DNA from: a virus | Taxonomy: Duplodnaviria; Heunggongvirae; Uroviricota; Caudoviricetes | Reading direction: 5' to 3' (one strand) | Length of the DNA: 39,640 nucleotides | IMG/VR virus record: IMGVR_UViG_2563366929_000005 | In this document: piece after piece, positions 1-8,000 of the stretch | Layout: each line of letters starts with the position of its first letter | Position numbering within the stretch: the first letter of the stretch is position 1 | The notes under the pieces: generated by a model | Databases searched by the model: none | What the model saw: only the letters and a program-made list of their open reading frames with translations | What the model was told of the DNA's origin: nothing | Program-made: the position numbers and the translations under genes

Positions 1-1236
1 ATGGCGCTGTCTGATGCGTGGTTGCGTTCAGTCGTTGGAAAGGAACGTGATAAGGTTTTGGTTAAATCCGATCGTGATGGTCTGTCTGTCAGAGTATCAC
101 CGAAAGGTCGCGTAGTGTTCCAATATCGTTATCAATGGGCAGGGAAAGGTGAGCGCCTTGATATCGGAACTTACCCGGCAACTGGATTAAAAGAGGCCAG
201 AGAAGAAGTTATCCGTCTCCGTGGTGAACTCGAGTCAAACCGCAATCCACGATTAGTCAAGCAGGCTGAAAAACGAAAAGCTACTGAAGCCATGACGGTA
301 GAGTCTGTGATCCGTGCCTGGTATGAAGCATATTGTGTAAAAAATAAAAAAGGTTCTGAACAGATACTCCGCTCGTTTGAGCTGCACCTGTTCTCTAAAA
401 TCGGGAATATCCCTCACGATGCAGCTACATTGCATGATTGGTTAGAAGTCCTGGAGCCTCTTAGCACCAAGACTCCAGCAATAGTAGACCGATTGCTAAT
501 TAACGCAAAGCAGGCCCATGTCTGGGCGTATAAGAGAAAGCTCATTGAAACTCGCCCACTGTCGGATATCACGGGTAAAGATATGGATATCCGTAAAGGT
601 CAGAAAAAACGGTTTCTGACACATGATGAAATTAACATCCTTTATGCTGCGATCGATGGTTCTCGAATGGTTCCTAAATACCGAGCCTTCATTAAACTAT
701 TGCTGCATTTTGGTTGCCGTAGTTCAGAGCTAATTACTGCTAGGGTGGATGATTTTGATTTCATAAATAAGGTATGGACTGTACCACCAGAACGACATAA
801 GACTGGGGACATAACAGGCGAACCGCTAAAGCGGCCCATTATTGAACCGGTTGAAGAGCTTATAAAATACGCTATCTCTATGAACAACGGTTCCGATATG
901 CTTTTTACTAAGGAAGGAAGCAGGGAGCCAGTTGGTCGGACATCATTGCAGTCGCTGCCTTACAATTTAATGCAGTTCGCATGGCGACGTTTGGGGTATC
1001 AATTTCCTCATTGGTCTCTTCATGATTTGAGACGAACAGCACGAACAAACTTTTCTGATCTTACTGCTCCTCATATTGCTGAAATAATGCTCGGTCATAA
1101 ACTGCCAGGTGTATGGCAAGTTTATGATAAGAGCGATTATCTAGAAGAACAGCGTAAAGCTTACTGGGCATGGTGGGAGAGGGTTGAATCGATCGTTACT
1201 TGTACTGACTTAATCTCCAACGGACAGTTTGCGTAG
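1..1236 (+). CDS. int: Tyrosine recombinase / phage integrase (P4-type), 411 aa; ORF starts at window base 1
   Basis: 411-aa ORF; N-terminal region (MALSDAWLRS...GLSVRVSPKG...FQYRYQW) is typical of P4/CP4-57-type integrases; C-terminal HDLRRTA and catalytic-domain-like LGH...Y segment. Leftmost gene of the prophage. Confidence 0.88.
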   Translation: MALSDAWLRSVVGKERDKVLVKSDRDGLSVRVSPKGRVVFQYRYQWAGKGERLDIGTYPATGLKEAREEVIRLRGELESNRNPRLVKQAEKRKATEAMTVESVIRAWYEAYCVKNKKGSEQILRSFELHLFSKIGNIPHDAATLHDWLEVLEPLSTKTPAIVDRLLINAKQAHVWAYKRKLIETRPLSDITGKDMDIRKGQKKRFLTHDEINILYAAIDGSRMVPKYRAFIKLLLHFGCRSSELITARVDDFDFINKVWTVPPERHKTGDITGEPLKRPIIEPVEELIKYAISMNNGSDMLFTKEGSREPVGRTSLQSLPYNLMQFAWRRLGYQFPHWSLHDLRRTARTNFSDLTAPHIAEIMLGHKLPGVWQVYDKSDYLEEQRKAYWAWWERVESIVTCTDLISNGQFA

Positions 1237-1394
1237 CCAGAGCGTAATCATATCTGCCAGTCCGCTGCGGATACCTTGTGTACTGGGTTTTTAGCCAGAC
1301 TACGTTAACCGGTAGCTTCAGTATTTGGGGGGGCGGCAGGAGTTTGATGGTTTATTGGGTTACTGTGGGACTAAGGATGTAGGGATGCCAATCA

Positions 1395-2528
1395 ATGAAT
1401 TATGAAAAATATCATAGCACAAACAGAAGCAAGGGTTTGCGAACCTTCTGCTACTTAATTTATTATGTGCAGGTGATTTTTAATGTGATGAAGTGTTTTA
1501 TGACTCGCGGAAACTTTGATTTTATAAACTCTAACGTGGTTTTCTCAGAAGCCGATAAGTCATTGTGGATTGATCTCATTAACACCGATTGTATTTGGTA
1601 TGATATGATAATTAATCCTCCTGATGATATAAGAACAAATAAGATAATAAAGAACTATCTCAGAATTATGGAAAAATATACGAGGGAAAGCTGTGAAAAG
1701 AGATTTATTTATTTCTTAGGTTCAAGAAAAAAAGTAAGGTTTTCAACCAAGAAACAGCCTAGGTATAACCCATTCACAAAAAATATAGTATTCACTCTGT
1801 TGATTGGCAAAGAAGAGCGAAAGCTTCGGATAAAATATTCCTTTTGCACGTTTACGCAGAATGGGGTAGTGAAGGTAACTCCAAATGTTAGAGTAACTGA
1901 GAAGTTTCTCTACATTGAATATGAAAATGGCAATTTATGTGTGATGTCAGTTCATGACTTCGTAAACGGACATTATATTGATTTAGGAATTCATACAGAA
2001 GTGCATTACGTAGGATATACACGTCATCCGCATCGGCGCCCTGTTGATTTTATTCACCGTGGCTTATCAAAGATGCTGTATAGCGTTTCAAATGACGATA
2101 ATGATTTTTTTGTTTGTTTTAGTATATTTAATCCAAGGATTATATCTCTGAATAATAAATGTAATGTGGTCTTTAATATTTCAAATTCTCTACTGGATGA
2201 AATTGATGTTGATAATGAGGGGAGAATTATTGAAAACTGCTTAATACGTTACTTTGATCCTAAGCTTCAAGATGATGACAAGGAAAGTAAAAGGTCAGAT
2301 TTAAATAAAATGTTTATGGACCTGGTGGAAAATAAAAAAATTAAAAAAATATACGTTAATTTTCAATATGAAAGGAATAATGAGTATTTCTGCTTTTACT
2401 CTAAAGTTGTTCCGCCGAAATTTCATCATTTCTTTGTGTTGGATTTTTCTGATGGCAAGATAAATATTGATAGAGACCAGGATATGATGACTCAGATGGC
2501 ATTGTGTATGGGGTATTATAATTATTAA
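1395..2528 (+). CDS. Hypothetical protein, AT-rich orphan (377 aa by longest ORF; true start may be ATG 1488)
   Basis: Long uninterrupted ORF in a visibly AT-rich segment, N/K/I/Y/F-rich translation, no motif I recognise. AGGTG lies about 11 nt upstream of in-frame ATG at 1488. Sits between int and xis. Confidence 0.55.
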   Translation: MNYEKYHSTNRSKGLRTFCYLIYYVQVIFNVMKCFMTRGNFDFINSNVVFSEADKSLWIDLINTDCIWYDMIINPPDDIRTNKIIKNYLRIMEKYTRESCEKRFIYFLGSRKKVRFSTKKQPRYNPFTKNIVFTLLIGKEERKLRIKYSFCTFTQNGVVKVTPNVRVTEKFLYIEYENGNLCVMSVHDFVNGHYIDLGIHTEVHYVGYTRHPHRRPVDFIHRGLSKMLYSVSNDDNDFFVCFSIFNPRIISLNNKCNVVFNISNSLLDEIDVDNEGRIIENCLIRYFDPKLQDDDKESKRSDLNKMFMDLVENKKIKKIYVNFQYERNNEYFCFYSKVVPPKFHHFFVLDFSDGKINIDRDQDMMTQMALCMGYYNY

Positions 2529-2737
2529 TATTTCGCTTGATACCAACTCAAAATCTTTTTTGTCGCATCCATTGTGGATTAATATTCAGAGGTAAGGGGT
2601 ATCTGCGGAATTTATATTTTGCAGGATGAGCATACAATACATGATATAACATCTGTTTTTGGCACAGAGCATATAGTCAGATTATGTTTAGTTCTGTGCC
2701 ATAGATGGATACTATCTCACCTCTTGGCTAACTCTCA

Positions 2738-2932
2738 TTACTCAATAATTCCAGCAAATCTGTATATTTTGCGTGATGCCCATTTATTTGGGCAGGATTT
2801 GATATCAGGATCTGGAAAATCAGGCCTGTATTTCTGGCCAGTTCTCCTGTTTACGCTGTTCCAGCGAAGAACAGTCGATACTGAAACGCCACAGAAGTCG
2901 GCGACTTGTTTAGTTGTCATTAAGTTGTTCAT
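2738..2932 (-). CDS. xis: AlpA/Xis-type excisionase-like DNA-binding protein (64 aa)
   Basis: MNNLMTTKQVADFCGVSVSTVLRW is a typical AlpA/excisionase HTH; AGGAGG immediately upstream on the minus strand; last gene of the leftward operon, adjacent to int. Confidence 0.7.
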   Translation of the reverse strand: MNNLMTTKQVADFCGVSVSTVLRWNSVNRRTGQKYRPDFPDPDIKSCPNKWASRKIYRFAGIIE

Positions 2933-3552
2933 TACTTCACCTCCTGCGGCGGCTCCGGTAGCGGCATCCAGTGGGTTACTTTCGATGCCGGTTCTTCCCC
3001 ATCGTCAGTAACTGCCCACCATTTGTTTCTCGACCAATCGTAATACCCTTCGAAGGTATCGCACTCAGTCCAGCCGTAAGACTTACCCCAACACCAAACA
3101 TACTGTTTATCGTCCGGCATTCGCTCACTACAGCTTATCCAACCATCCGGAGTTACCGGAGAGTTGCCCGACAGCTCGTTCAACTTGTAAGACTGGCTTA
3201 CAGGTTCGGCACCATGAAGCATGGCGGCGCGGCAGGCGTTCCAGCCTTCATCAAAGCCGACTATGCCATTATTTAAAGACGGACGAACATCTGGCACCAT
3301 CGGCACTGGCTTGGCTATATATAGCGGCTGAACATACCAGCCCTTTGATAACCAACTGTCAGCAATGTTTTTACTCCGTGTTATTGCCGGAATACCTAAG
3401 CCATTGTCTGAATGCAGCCATGCCACCGGTTCTGCTTTCAGCGAGGCTAACGCTATTTCATAAGCTCGGTGCTCAATATTGTCTCGCACGTCCAAGCTGC
3501 CTATGCGCTCTTTGATTTCTTTAATCAGTTCTTTGTCGGTGAAAGTGGTCAT
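2932..3552 (-). CDS. Phage protein with C-terminal DUF551-like domain (206 aa)
   Basis: C-terminus ...DGWISCSERMPDD...THWMPLPEPP resembles the DUF551 signature common in enterobacterial prophage early regions. Confidence 0.65.
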   Translation of the reverse strand: MTTFTDKELIKEIKERIGSLDVRDNIEHRAYEIALASLKAEPVAWLHSDNGLGIPAITRSKNIADSWLSKGWYVQPLYIAKPVPMVPDVRPSLNNGIVGFDEGWNACRAAMLHGAEPVSQSYKLNELSGNSPVTPDGWISCSERMPDDKQYVWCWGKSYGWTECDTFEGYYDWSRNKWWAVTDDGEEPASKVTHWMPLPEPPQEVK

Positions 3553-3553
3553 C

Positions 3554-3883
3554 TCACTCTCCTTTGATGCGAATGCCAGCGACGCGTAGTGCGTGTTCTA
3601 AGTCAATCAGGCAAAGCCAACTGCCATTTTCTTTAGGTATCATGACATGCCGCTTATTAGCATTTATTGGGTGCCCATATCGAAGGTCGTAGCGAGTCGG
3701 TAATTGAACTTCCCTCGCTTCCAGTTCTGTAATGCGTTTGTTTTTAGCTTCTAGTTCATCCAGCAGCGCCAGCACAACCTGCGGTGTGACTTTCATACGA
3801 AATGCCAGCAATTTTTGTGGTGTGGCTACTATTTTTATTGCTTCTGCCGCCTCACGCAGTACCTGATAGTCAATCTTGTTCAC
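3554..3883 (-). CDS. Hypothetical early protein (109 aa)
   Basis: ORF packed tightly in the leftward operon; no recognisable motif. Confidence 0.55.
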   Translation of the reverse strand: MNKIDYQVLREAAEAIKIVATPQKLLAFRMKVTPQVVLALLDELEAKNKRITELEAREVQLPTRYDLRYGHPINANKRHVMIPKENGSWLCLIDLEHALRVAGIRIKGE

Positions 3884-4119
3884 TGGTTGCCTCCTTTACG
3901 GATCTGCGCTGCGATGCACGAAAAAAAAGACTCTCGCGTATGACTGTTAAGAGCTGGCGCGAACGCCGCGTTAAGAACGGCAGCATCACAGCCGTCATCG
4001 ATATAGAGCGCAATTTTTTTCTCCAGGCGTGCTTTGGCTTCCTGCAACTGCATACCCCGGCACGCACGCGGGATATACTCAGCAATTTGAGCGATAGATT
4101 TTTCGTTCTGTTTAAACAT
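3880..4119 (-). CDS. Hypothetical early protein (79 aa)
   Basis: Overlaps its neighbours by 4 bp (stop/start coupling) in the leftward operon. Confidence 0.5.
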   Translation of the reverse strand: MFKQNEKSIAQIAEYIPRACRGMQLQEAKARLEKKIALYIDDGCDAAVLNAAFAPALNSHTRESFFSCIAAQIRKGGNQ

Positions 4120-4315
4120 GCTTCACCTCGATAGGCTTGATGGTATCGATCAGCAGTCGGCGGCGAGTATTTTCTGCAAAGTGGCGGCGTCCGTTTTCTT
4201 TGTGGTAAAACTCGTTTTTTCCGACGACCCACATCCGCTTTGTCTGGTGCAGTTTTTTTACCTGCGGACCGTCTCGGGTGATAACAATTCCTGTATGAGT
4301 TTTTATCACGCTCAT
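4112..4315 (-). CDS. Hypothetical early protein (67 aa)
   Basis: Small ORF coupled to its neighbours by overlapping start/stop. Confidence 0.45.
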   Translation of the reverse strand: MSVIKTHTGIVITRDGPQVKKLHQTKRMWVVGKNEFYHKENGRRHFAENTRRRLLIDTIKPIEVKHV

Positions 4316-4674
4316 TTCTTATTCTCCGGTGCTTTCGGCATTACTGCCCAGTGAGTGATATTGACGTTTTCAAGGTCCCCGACCTGAAATGTCCACTGCC
4401 ATTCTCCGGTTTCTTTTTGTCCCCAGGTGTACCAGAGAGAACGCCAGCCAATTAGCCAGCCTTCTCCGTTAGCATCAAATAACAGAACACTTTCATTTGC
4501 TGGCGGCAGTTCAGCTGACACTGGTATTATTTTGTTTTCCAGTGCCGCACATTTAGCTTCAAGCGCATCGAATTTACGTACCAGGTACTCAGCATTTGTT
4601 TCGTTCACTTTCAGATCTCGCGGTACACATTTCCCGCGAAGAAACCCTTCCATTTCGAAAACATTCATGCGCAT
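4312..4674 (-). CDS. Hypothetical early protein with DUF551-like C-terminus (120 aa)
   Basis: ATG at 4674 with GGAG 8 nt upstream on the minus strand; C-terminal ...ITHWAVMPKAPE resembles the DUF551 tail. Confidence 0.6.
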   Translation of the reverse strand: MRMNVFEMEGFLRGKCVPRDLKVNETNAEYLVRKFDALEAKCAALENKIIPVSAELPPANESVLLFDANGEGWLIGWRSLWYTWGQKETGEWQWTFQVGDLENVNITHWAVMPKAPENKK

Positions 4675-5201
4675 TTGCGTAACTCCGATAACTCGTTAAA
4701 ACGTTCCATAAACATCCCGTAGGCATGGCCCGGTGCCAGTGGAATCACGTTGAACATCTCTGTTGCCGGGATGCCTTCCAGTACAGGCCAGAAAGAGCCA
4801 TCATCAAGCCCGAGATCGCGGCGTTCGGTTGCCAGCATGATGAGATCGGCATATTTCACAGGCGTGCTCATAACCGGGGGTAACCCGTATTTCTCACGGA
4901 TTACGGCATCTATTTTTTCTTCCATCCGTTTATAGTCAGGAAGAAGGCGTTTCAGTGGAGCGGGGATGTCCTGGCAATACGCTTCTGTTGCATCATGCAT
5001 TAACGCTTCAAAAGCAAATTCCTGCGGCACCAGCTGGCTGCAAAGCACCGCATGTTGGGCGACGCTGTAGAAGTGAGAAAGATGACCGGCAAAGCGACAG
5101 ATATTTGAAAGGGAAACCGCGATATCGTTAATAACGATGTCATCTTTATTTATCTTGTCATAATAAAAATGCTTCCCGGAAAAAGTTTTAATAAATGACA
5201 T
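4665..5201 (-). CDS. HD-domain phosphohydrolase (5'-deoxynucleotidase-like), about 178 aa
   Basis: Translation has spaced His / His-Asp motifs (...SVAQHAV... and ...ALMHDATEAY...) typical of the HD superfamily. ATG at 5201 is preceded by GGAGA; the longer ORF to 5228 would start on GTG. Confidence 0.72.
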   Translation of the reverse strand: MSFIKTFSGKHFYYDKINKDDIVINDIAVSLSNICRFAGHLSHFYSVAQHAVLCSQLVPQEFAFEALMHDATEAYCQDIPAPLKRLLPDYKRMEEKIDAVIREKYGLPPVMSTPVKYADLIMLATERRDLGLDDGSFWPVLEGIPATEMFNVIPLAPGHAYGMFMERFNELSELRKCA

Positions 5202-5328
5202 TTTGTTCTCCACGTATATGCGCTGCACCGCGCTGAATTTGGGTAAAAGGAAGCCCTCACCATCCGGTGATTATTGAGTTAATTACGTTTCCATAAATGC
5301 CCCCGCAGGGGCATTTGCAGTAATGAAA

Positions 5329-6153
5329 TCAGGCGGTGAAAGTACCAATAAAGGTTTCTACTTTGCTGTCTTTGAATTTCTCAACAAGCAGATCACGAAA
5401 TTCGTTAGCCATATCTTCCTGCACCGCTTCCAGCTGAATAATGCGCAGAACCAGTACAGGACGATCGCCAGTGATAATGCTGAGGCGTAATTTAAACGGA
5501 CGTTCTTTCAGACCTTCAAACGGAACGCATTTAAATTCAAATGCCACTGGCATAATGTCTTTGGTCTTCGCTTCGACAGATTCCATCAGGGAGCGTTTGC
5601 CGCTGAAGTCATTATCTTCAAAATCAGCGGTCTGGTTTGCTTCAATCGTGATTTTACGGATTGCCGCAGCCGCTTTTGTTGCCTGAATGGCGTCACCATT
5701 AGCATCAAAGCCCACAAGGTAGTCGGCCCAGTCTTCAATCCATTCTGCCAGTGATTTCTGGGAGTTACGCTCGCCGTTAACAGACAACAGGGCAGAGAAC
5801 GGTGCTGTCTTTTTCAGTTTGAGAGTGGCGGTGTTATCTGCGTGACCTGGTTCATCAATAGTACCCAGGTTAAGCACACTGACGGCACGCATATTATCAG
5901 CATCGATAAAGCAGCGGGTGCCTTCATCTGCAAGATCTTTAGAATAACGGGTAAAGTCATCGATGCTGGCAGTGGAAAGCGCACCACGGAAACGGAAGCG
6001 ATTTAAATTAAATTTTTCCAGATCATGAATGCGGAAATTCTCAGGCAATGCCACAGCATCGGCACCAATCTTACTGATAATTTCATTAACACCCTGAGCA
6101 GAAATAAGGGCATGGATTTGATTAATTGCGGTTGCGTCTAAGTTCTGAGACAT
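5329..6153 (-). CDS. DUF2303-like (YfdQ-like) phage protein, 274 aa
   Basis: 274-aa ORF, ATG at 6153 with AGGA upstream; resembles the DUF2303 family found next to HD-domain genes in CPS-53-type prophages (from memory). Confidence 0.65.
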
Positions 6154-6218
6154 AATAAGTCCTCACTATATTAAGATATTCAGTGATGAGATAAATAATC
6201 AGTTAATTAAGAACGATA

Positions 6219-6581
6219 TTAATGACCTGCTGCGCGGAGTTTTCCGTCAGGTTCACCGGCAAGAGTCAGTAATTGTCCCTGGTCTTCCTGCAGAATAGTC
6301 AGGCGACCACCGCGATTGACATACATCGGCGTTTCGGTGGTGTCTTCTTCAGAAATTTTCCCGCGGTTAGTCGGGCGAACATATGAGAGTTTGTGTTTGA
6401 TTTTCACACGGTTCTCATCAAACGGTTCGATTTCCAGGTTGAGCGAGACCTTACCTTTGGTTTTCGTGTTCATCACACCGGAAGCGACTTCACTGAGAAC
6501 TGCGCCGATTTTGGTTTCAAATACGCCGCCGTCCAGCTCCCCGATAAATGCCTGCACATCAGTACTGCGTTCGCTAGCCAT
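6219..6581 (-). CDS. Hypothetical early protein, 120 aa (first gene of leftward operon)
   Basis: The long ORF runs to 6767, but AGGAGCAGCAAA-ATG at 6581 gives a strong SD plus start; the upstream extension is Cys/His/Arg-rich and looks non-coding. Confidence 0.6.
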   Translation of the reverse strand: MASERSTDVQAFIGELDGGVFETKIGAVLSEVASGVMNTKTKGKVSLNLEIEPFDENRVKIKHKLSYVRPTNRGKISEEDTTETPMYVNRGGRLTILQEDQGQLLTLAGEPDGKLRAAGH

Positions 6582-6992
6582 TTTGCTGCTCCTCATCATA
6601 TCGACCCTGCAAGGTCGGTTGGTTTCTCCACAAAACAGAGAAGAACACCTGCGGTGGCAGCCGCCCGGATGGATTGGGTTATGAGCCCGTCGTCCGGTGA
6701 TGCTCTTCTCTGTTTTGTAAAAAGAGCGGTACCAGCCGGAAGCAAGTGTACAAACTGGTACCGCCAAAGCAGTGGCTGTTGTGGTGACCGGTGCTGATCT
6801 CCGGCTTGCGGTTATTTCAGACTCTCACGGGCGTTTAATTGCCCCGCCGAACAGCTCTTTTCCGCAATAGCTGCAATGTCTTTCGCGCATCAGCCTGCGC
6901 ATTCACCACAACGCTAAGGATTCTCTCTGGTTGAAAATACTTAGCTGTTATGTGCCTGCTTTTAGCCACATCAGGCGAGGTGGACCTGGTTA

Positions 6993-7052
6993 TTCCCCAA
7001 CAACAAGGATTTGGTTATTATGTAACCCTCCCCAACAACGATAAGGATTTAT
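6993..7052 (+). repeat. Two direct copies of TCCCCAACAAC..AAGGATTT, each ending in an SD-like AAGGA; the first is followed by ATG-TAA
   Basis: TCCCCAACAACAAGGATTTGG (6993-7013) and TCCCCAACAACGATAAGGATTT (7029-7050) read directly; ATGTAA at 7020-7025. Confidence 0.5.
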
Positions 7053-7142
7053 ATGGATCTATGTGTAGATAAGTATGAGGAGAGGCATGTGCCGTTAAGA
7101 CAAAAGCCTCCAGTTCCTCCAAAACCACCCAAGGAAAACTGA
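7053..7142 (+). CDS. Micro-ORF A, 29 aa, proline-rich tail (MDLCVDKYEERHVPLRQKPPVPPKPPKEN)
   Basis: AAGGA 5 nt upstream of ATG 7053; ends 7 nt before the 164-aa gene start; C-terminal PPVPPKPPK. Confidence 0.3.
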   Translation: MDLCVDKYEERHVPLRQKPPVPPKPPKEN

Positions 7143-7149
7143 GACTAAT

Positions 7150-7644
7150 ATGACCAGAGACGATTATAAATTTTATGTTCACTACTCTTATGTATTGGAG
7201 AAGATGAATTACACGTTGTTAACTCGCATTGATAAATTAATAACGTTGATGTTAATCGTTCTCGGTTTTTCAGTTTTCGCCCCGTACAGTAATTTATTTA
7301 TTTTCGGTTTGTTTGTTGCCGTACTTTCGGTTCTTCAGTTGGTCTATCAGTTTGGCCAAGAGGCTGGAATGTCTAAAGAGCAAGCGAGGCATTACAAAAG
7401 ACTGCTGATTGAGTCTGATACCCTTCCTGAAGATCAGTTGCAAGCTAGGTATTTAAAAATCCAAGATACTGATAGTAATCCATGGAAATCACTTGAACGA
7501 GCGGCTTTCATTCGGGCCTGTATTTTTGCTGGTGTTCCAACTAAGTACGATTTAACAACCAAAGAAAAATTTATAGCTTGGTGTGCGGGAGATCTACCTC
7601 TAGAGAATGAACTAACGGATATTAATGATGACCAACAAGCATAA
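7150..7644 (+). CDS. Two-transmembrane membrane protein, 164 aa, unknown function (candidate exclusion/abortive-infection effector)
   Basis: Clean ORF in an AT-rich region; two adjacent hydrophobic helices (LITLMLIVLGFSVFAPY and LFIFGLFVAVLSVLQLVYQF) followed by a charged, about 90-aa soluble tail. Rightward, convergent with cI. Confidence 0.6.
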   Translation: MTRDDYKFYVHYSYVLEKMNYTLLTRIDKLITLMLIVLGFSVFAPYSNLFIFGLFVAVLSVLQLVYQFGQEAGMSKEQARHYKRLLIESDTLPEDQLQARYLKIQDTDSNPWKSLERAAFIRACIFAGVPTKYDLTTKEKFIAWCAGDLPLENELTDINDDQQA

Positions 7645-7699
7645 TCCAGTTCACGGACATGTACCTCCGAAGCCGAAACCACCGAAACCGAAGAAATGA
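7625..7699 (+). CDS. Micro-ORF B, 24 aa, cationic proline-rich (MMTNKHNPVHGHVPPKPKPPKPKK); overlaps the 3' end of the 164-aa gene
   Basis: ATG-ATG at 7625/7628; frame checked codon by codon; weak SD. Confidence 0.2.
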   Translation: MMTNKHNPVHGHVPPKPKPPKPKK

Positions 7700-7718
7700 G
7701 ACATAATAGGATTGGATA

Positions 7719-7787
7719 ATGAGTCGACCAATAGAGCCTTTTCATATTCCACCTCGTCCCAGGCCACCAGATCCAGGCCCAAAGTGA
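7719..7787 (+). CDS. Micro-ORF C, 22 aa, proline-rich (MSRPIEPFHIPPRPRPPDPGPK)
   Basis: AGGA 7 nt upstream of ATG 7719; a weak hairpin (AAGCG...CGCTT plus TTTT, 7811-7834) lies about 25 nt downstream of the stop. Confidence 0.3.
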   Translation: MSRPIEPFHIPPRPRPPDPGPK

Positions 7788-7950
7788 GGGTTACTGATTT
7801 TTAAAGAGCGAAGCGTCCGGTAGGGCGCTTTTTTGGTACTAACGAATCATCCTGGACTTCATATGCCCCAGGCGGCTACTTCGTGGGCGTCCTGCCTGTT
7901 CGTTATCTTTGATATAAAATCTAACTTAACTTAGTTTTAATGGCAAGAGA

Positions 7951-7980
7951 AAACACCAAACTTTTCTTAGTTCGGTGTTT
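7951..7980 (-). terminator. Hairpin terminator downstream of cI (12-bp stem, better paired on the minus strand)
   Basis: AAACACCAAACT-TTTCTT-AGTTCGGTGTTT; on the minus strand the stem has one G-U wobble and is followed by TCTCTT. Confidence 0.45.
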
Positions 7981-8000
7981 TGGTTAGAGAAAAGGGGGGG

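Noticed and set aside
1237-1394. Possible attachment-site core between int and the orphan gene
   Set aside because: No flanking host sequence or repeat partner is visible in the window, so an att site cannot be supported.
2619-3011. 130-aa plus-strand ORF overlapping the xis and DUF551 genes
   Set aside because: Antisense to two well-supported minus-strand genes; no SD.
6582-6767. N-terminal extension of the 6219-6767 ORF (182 aa)
   Set aside because: Cys/His/Arg-rich and without an SD; the internal ATG at 6581 has a strong AGGAG SD, so the extension is probably non-coding promoter region.
7434-7745. 103-aa minus-strand ORF across the 2TM gene 3' end and micro-ORFs B/C
   Set aside because: Ser/Val-rich, low-complexity, no SD; the plus-strand ORFs have better start context. 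Antisense coding cannot be fully excluded.
7797-7810. boxA-like sequence (CGCTCTTTAAAAAT on the minus strand) suggesting an N-utilisation site
   Set aside because: No convincing boxB hairpin follows and no N-like arginine-rich protein is encoded; likely a chance match.
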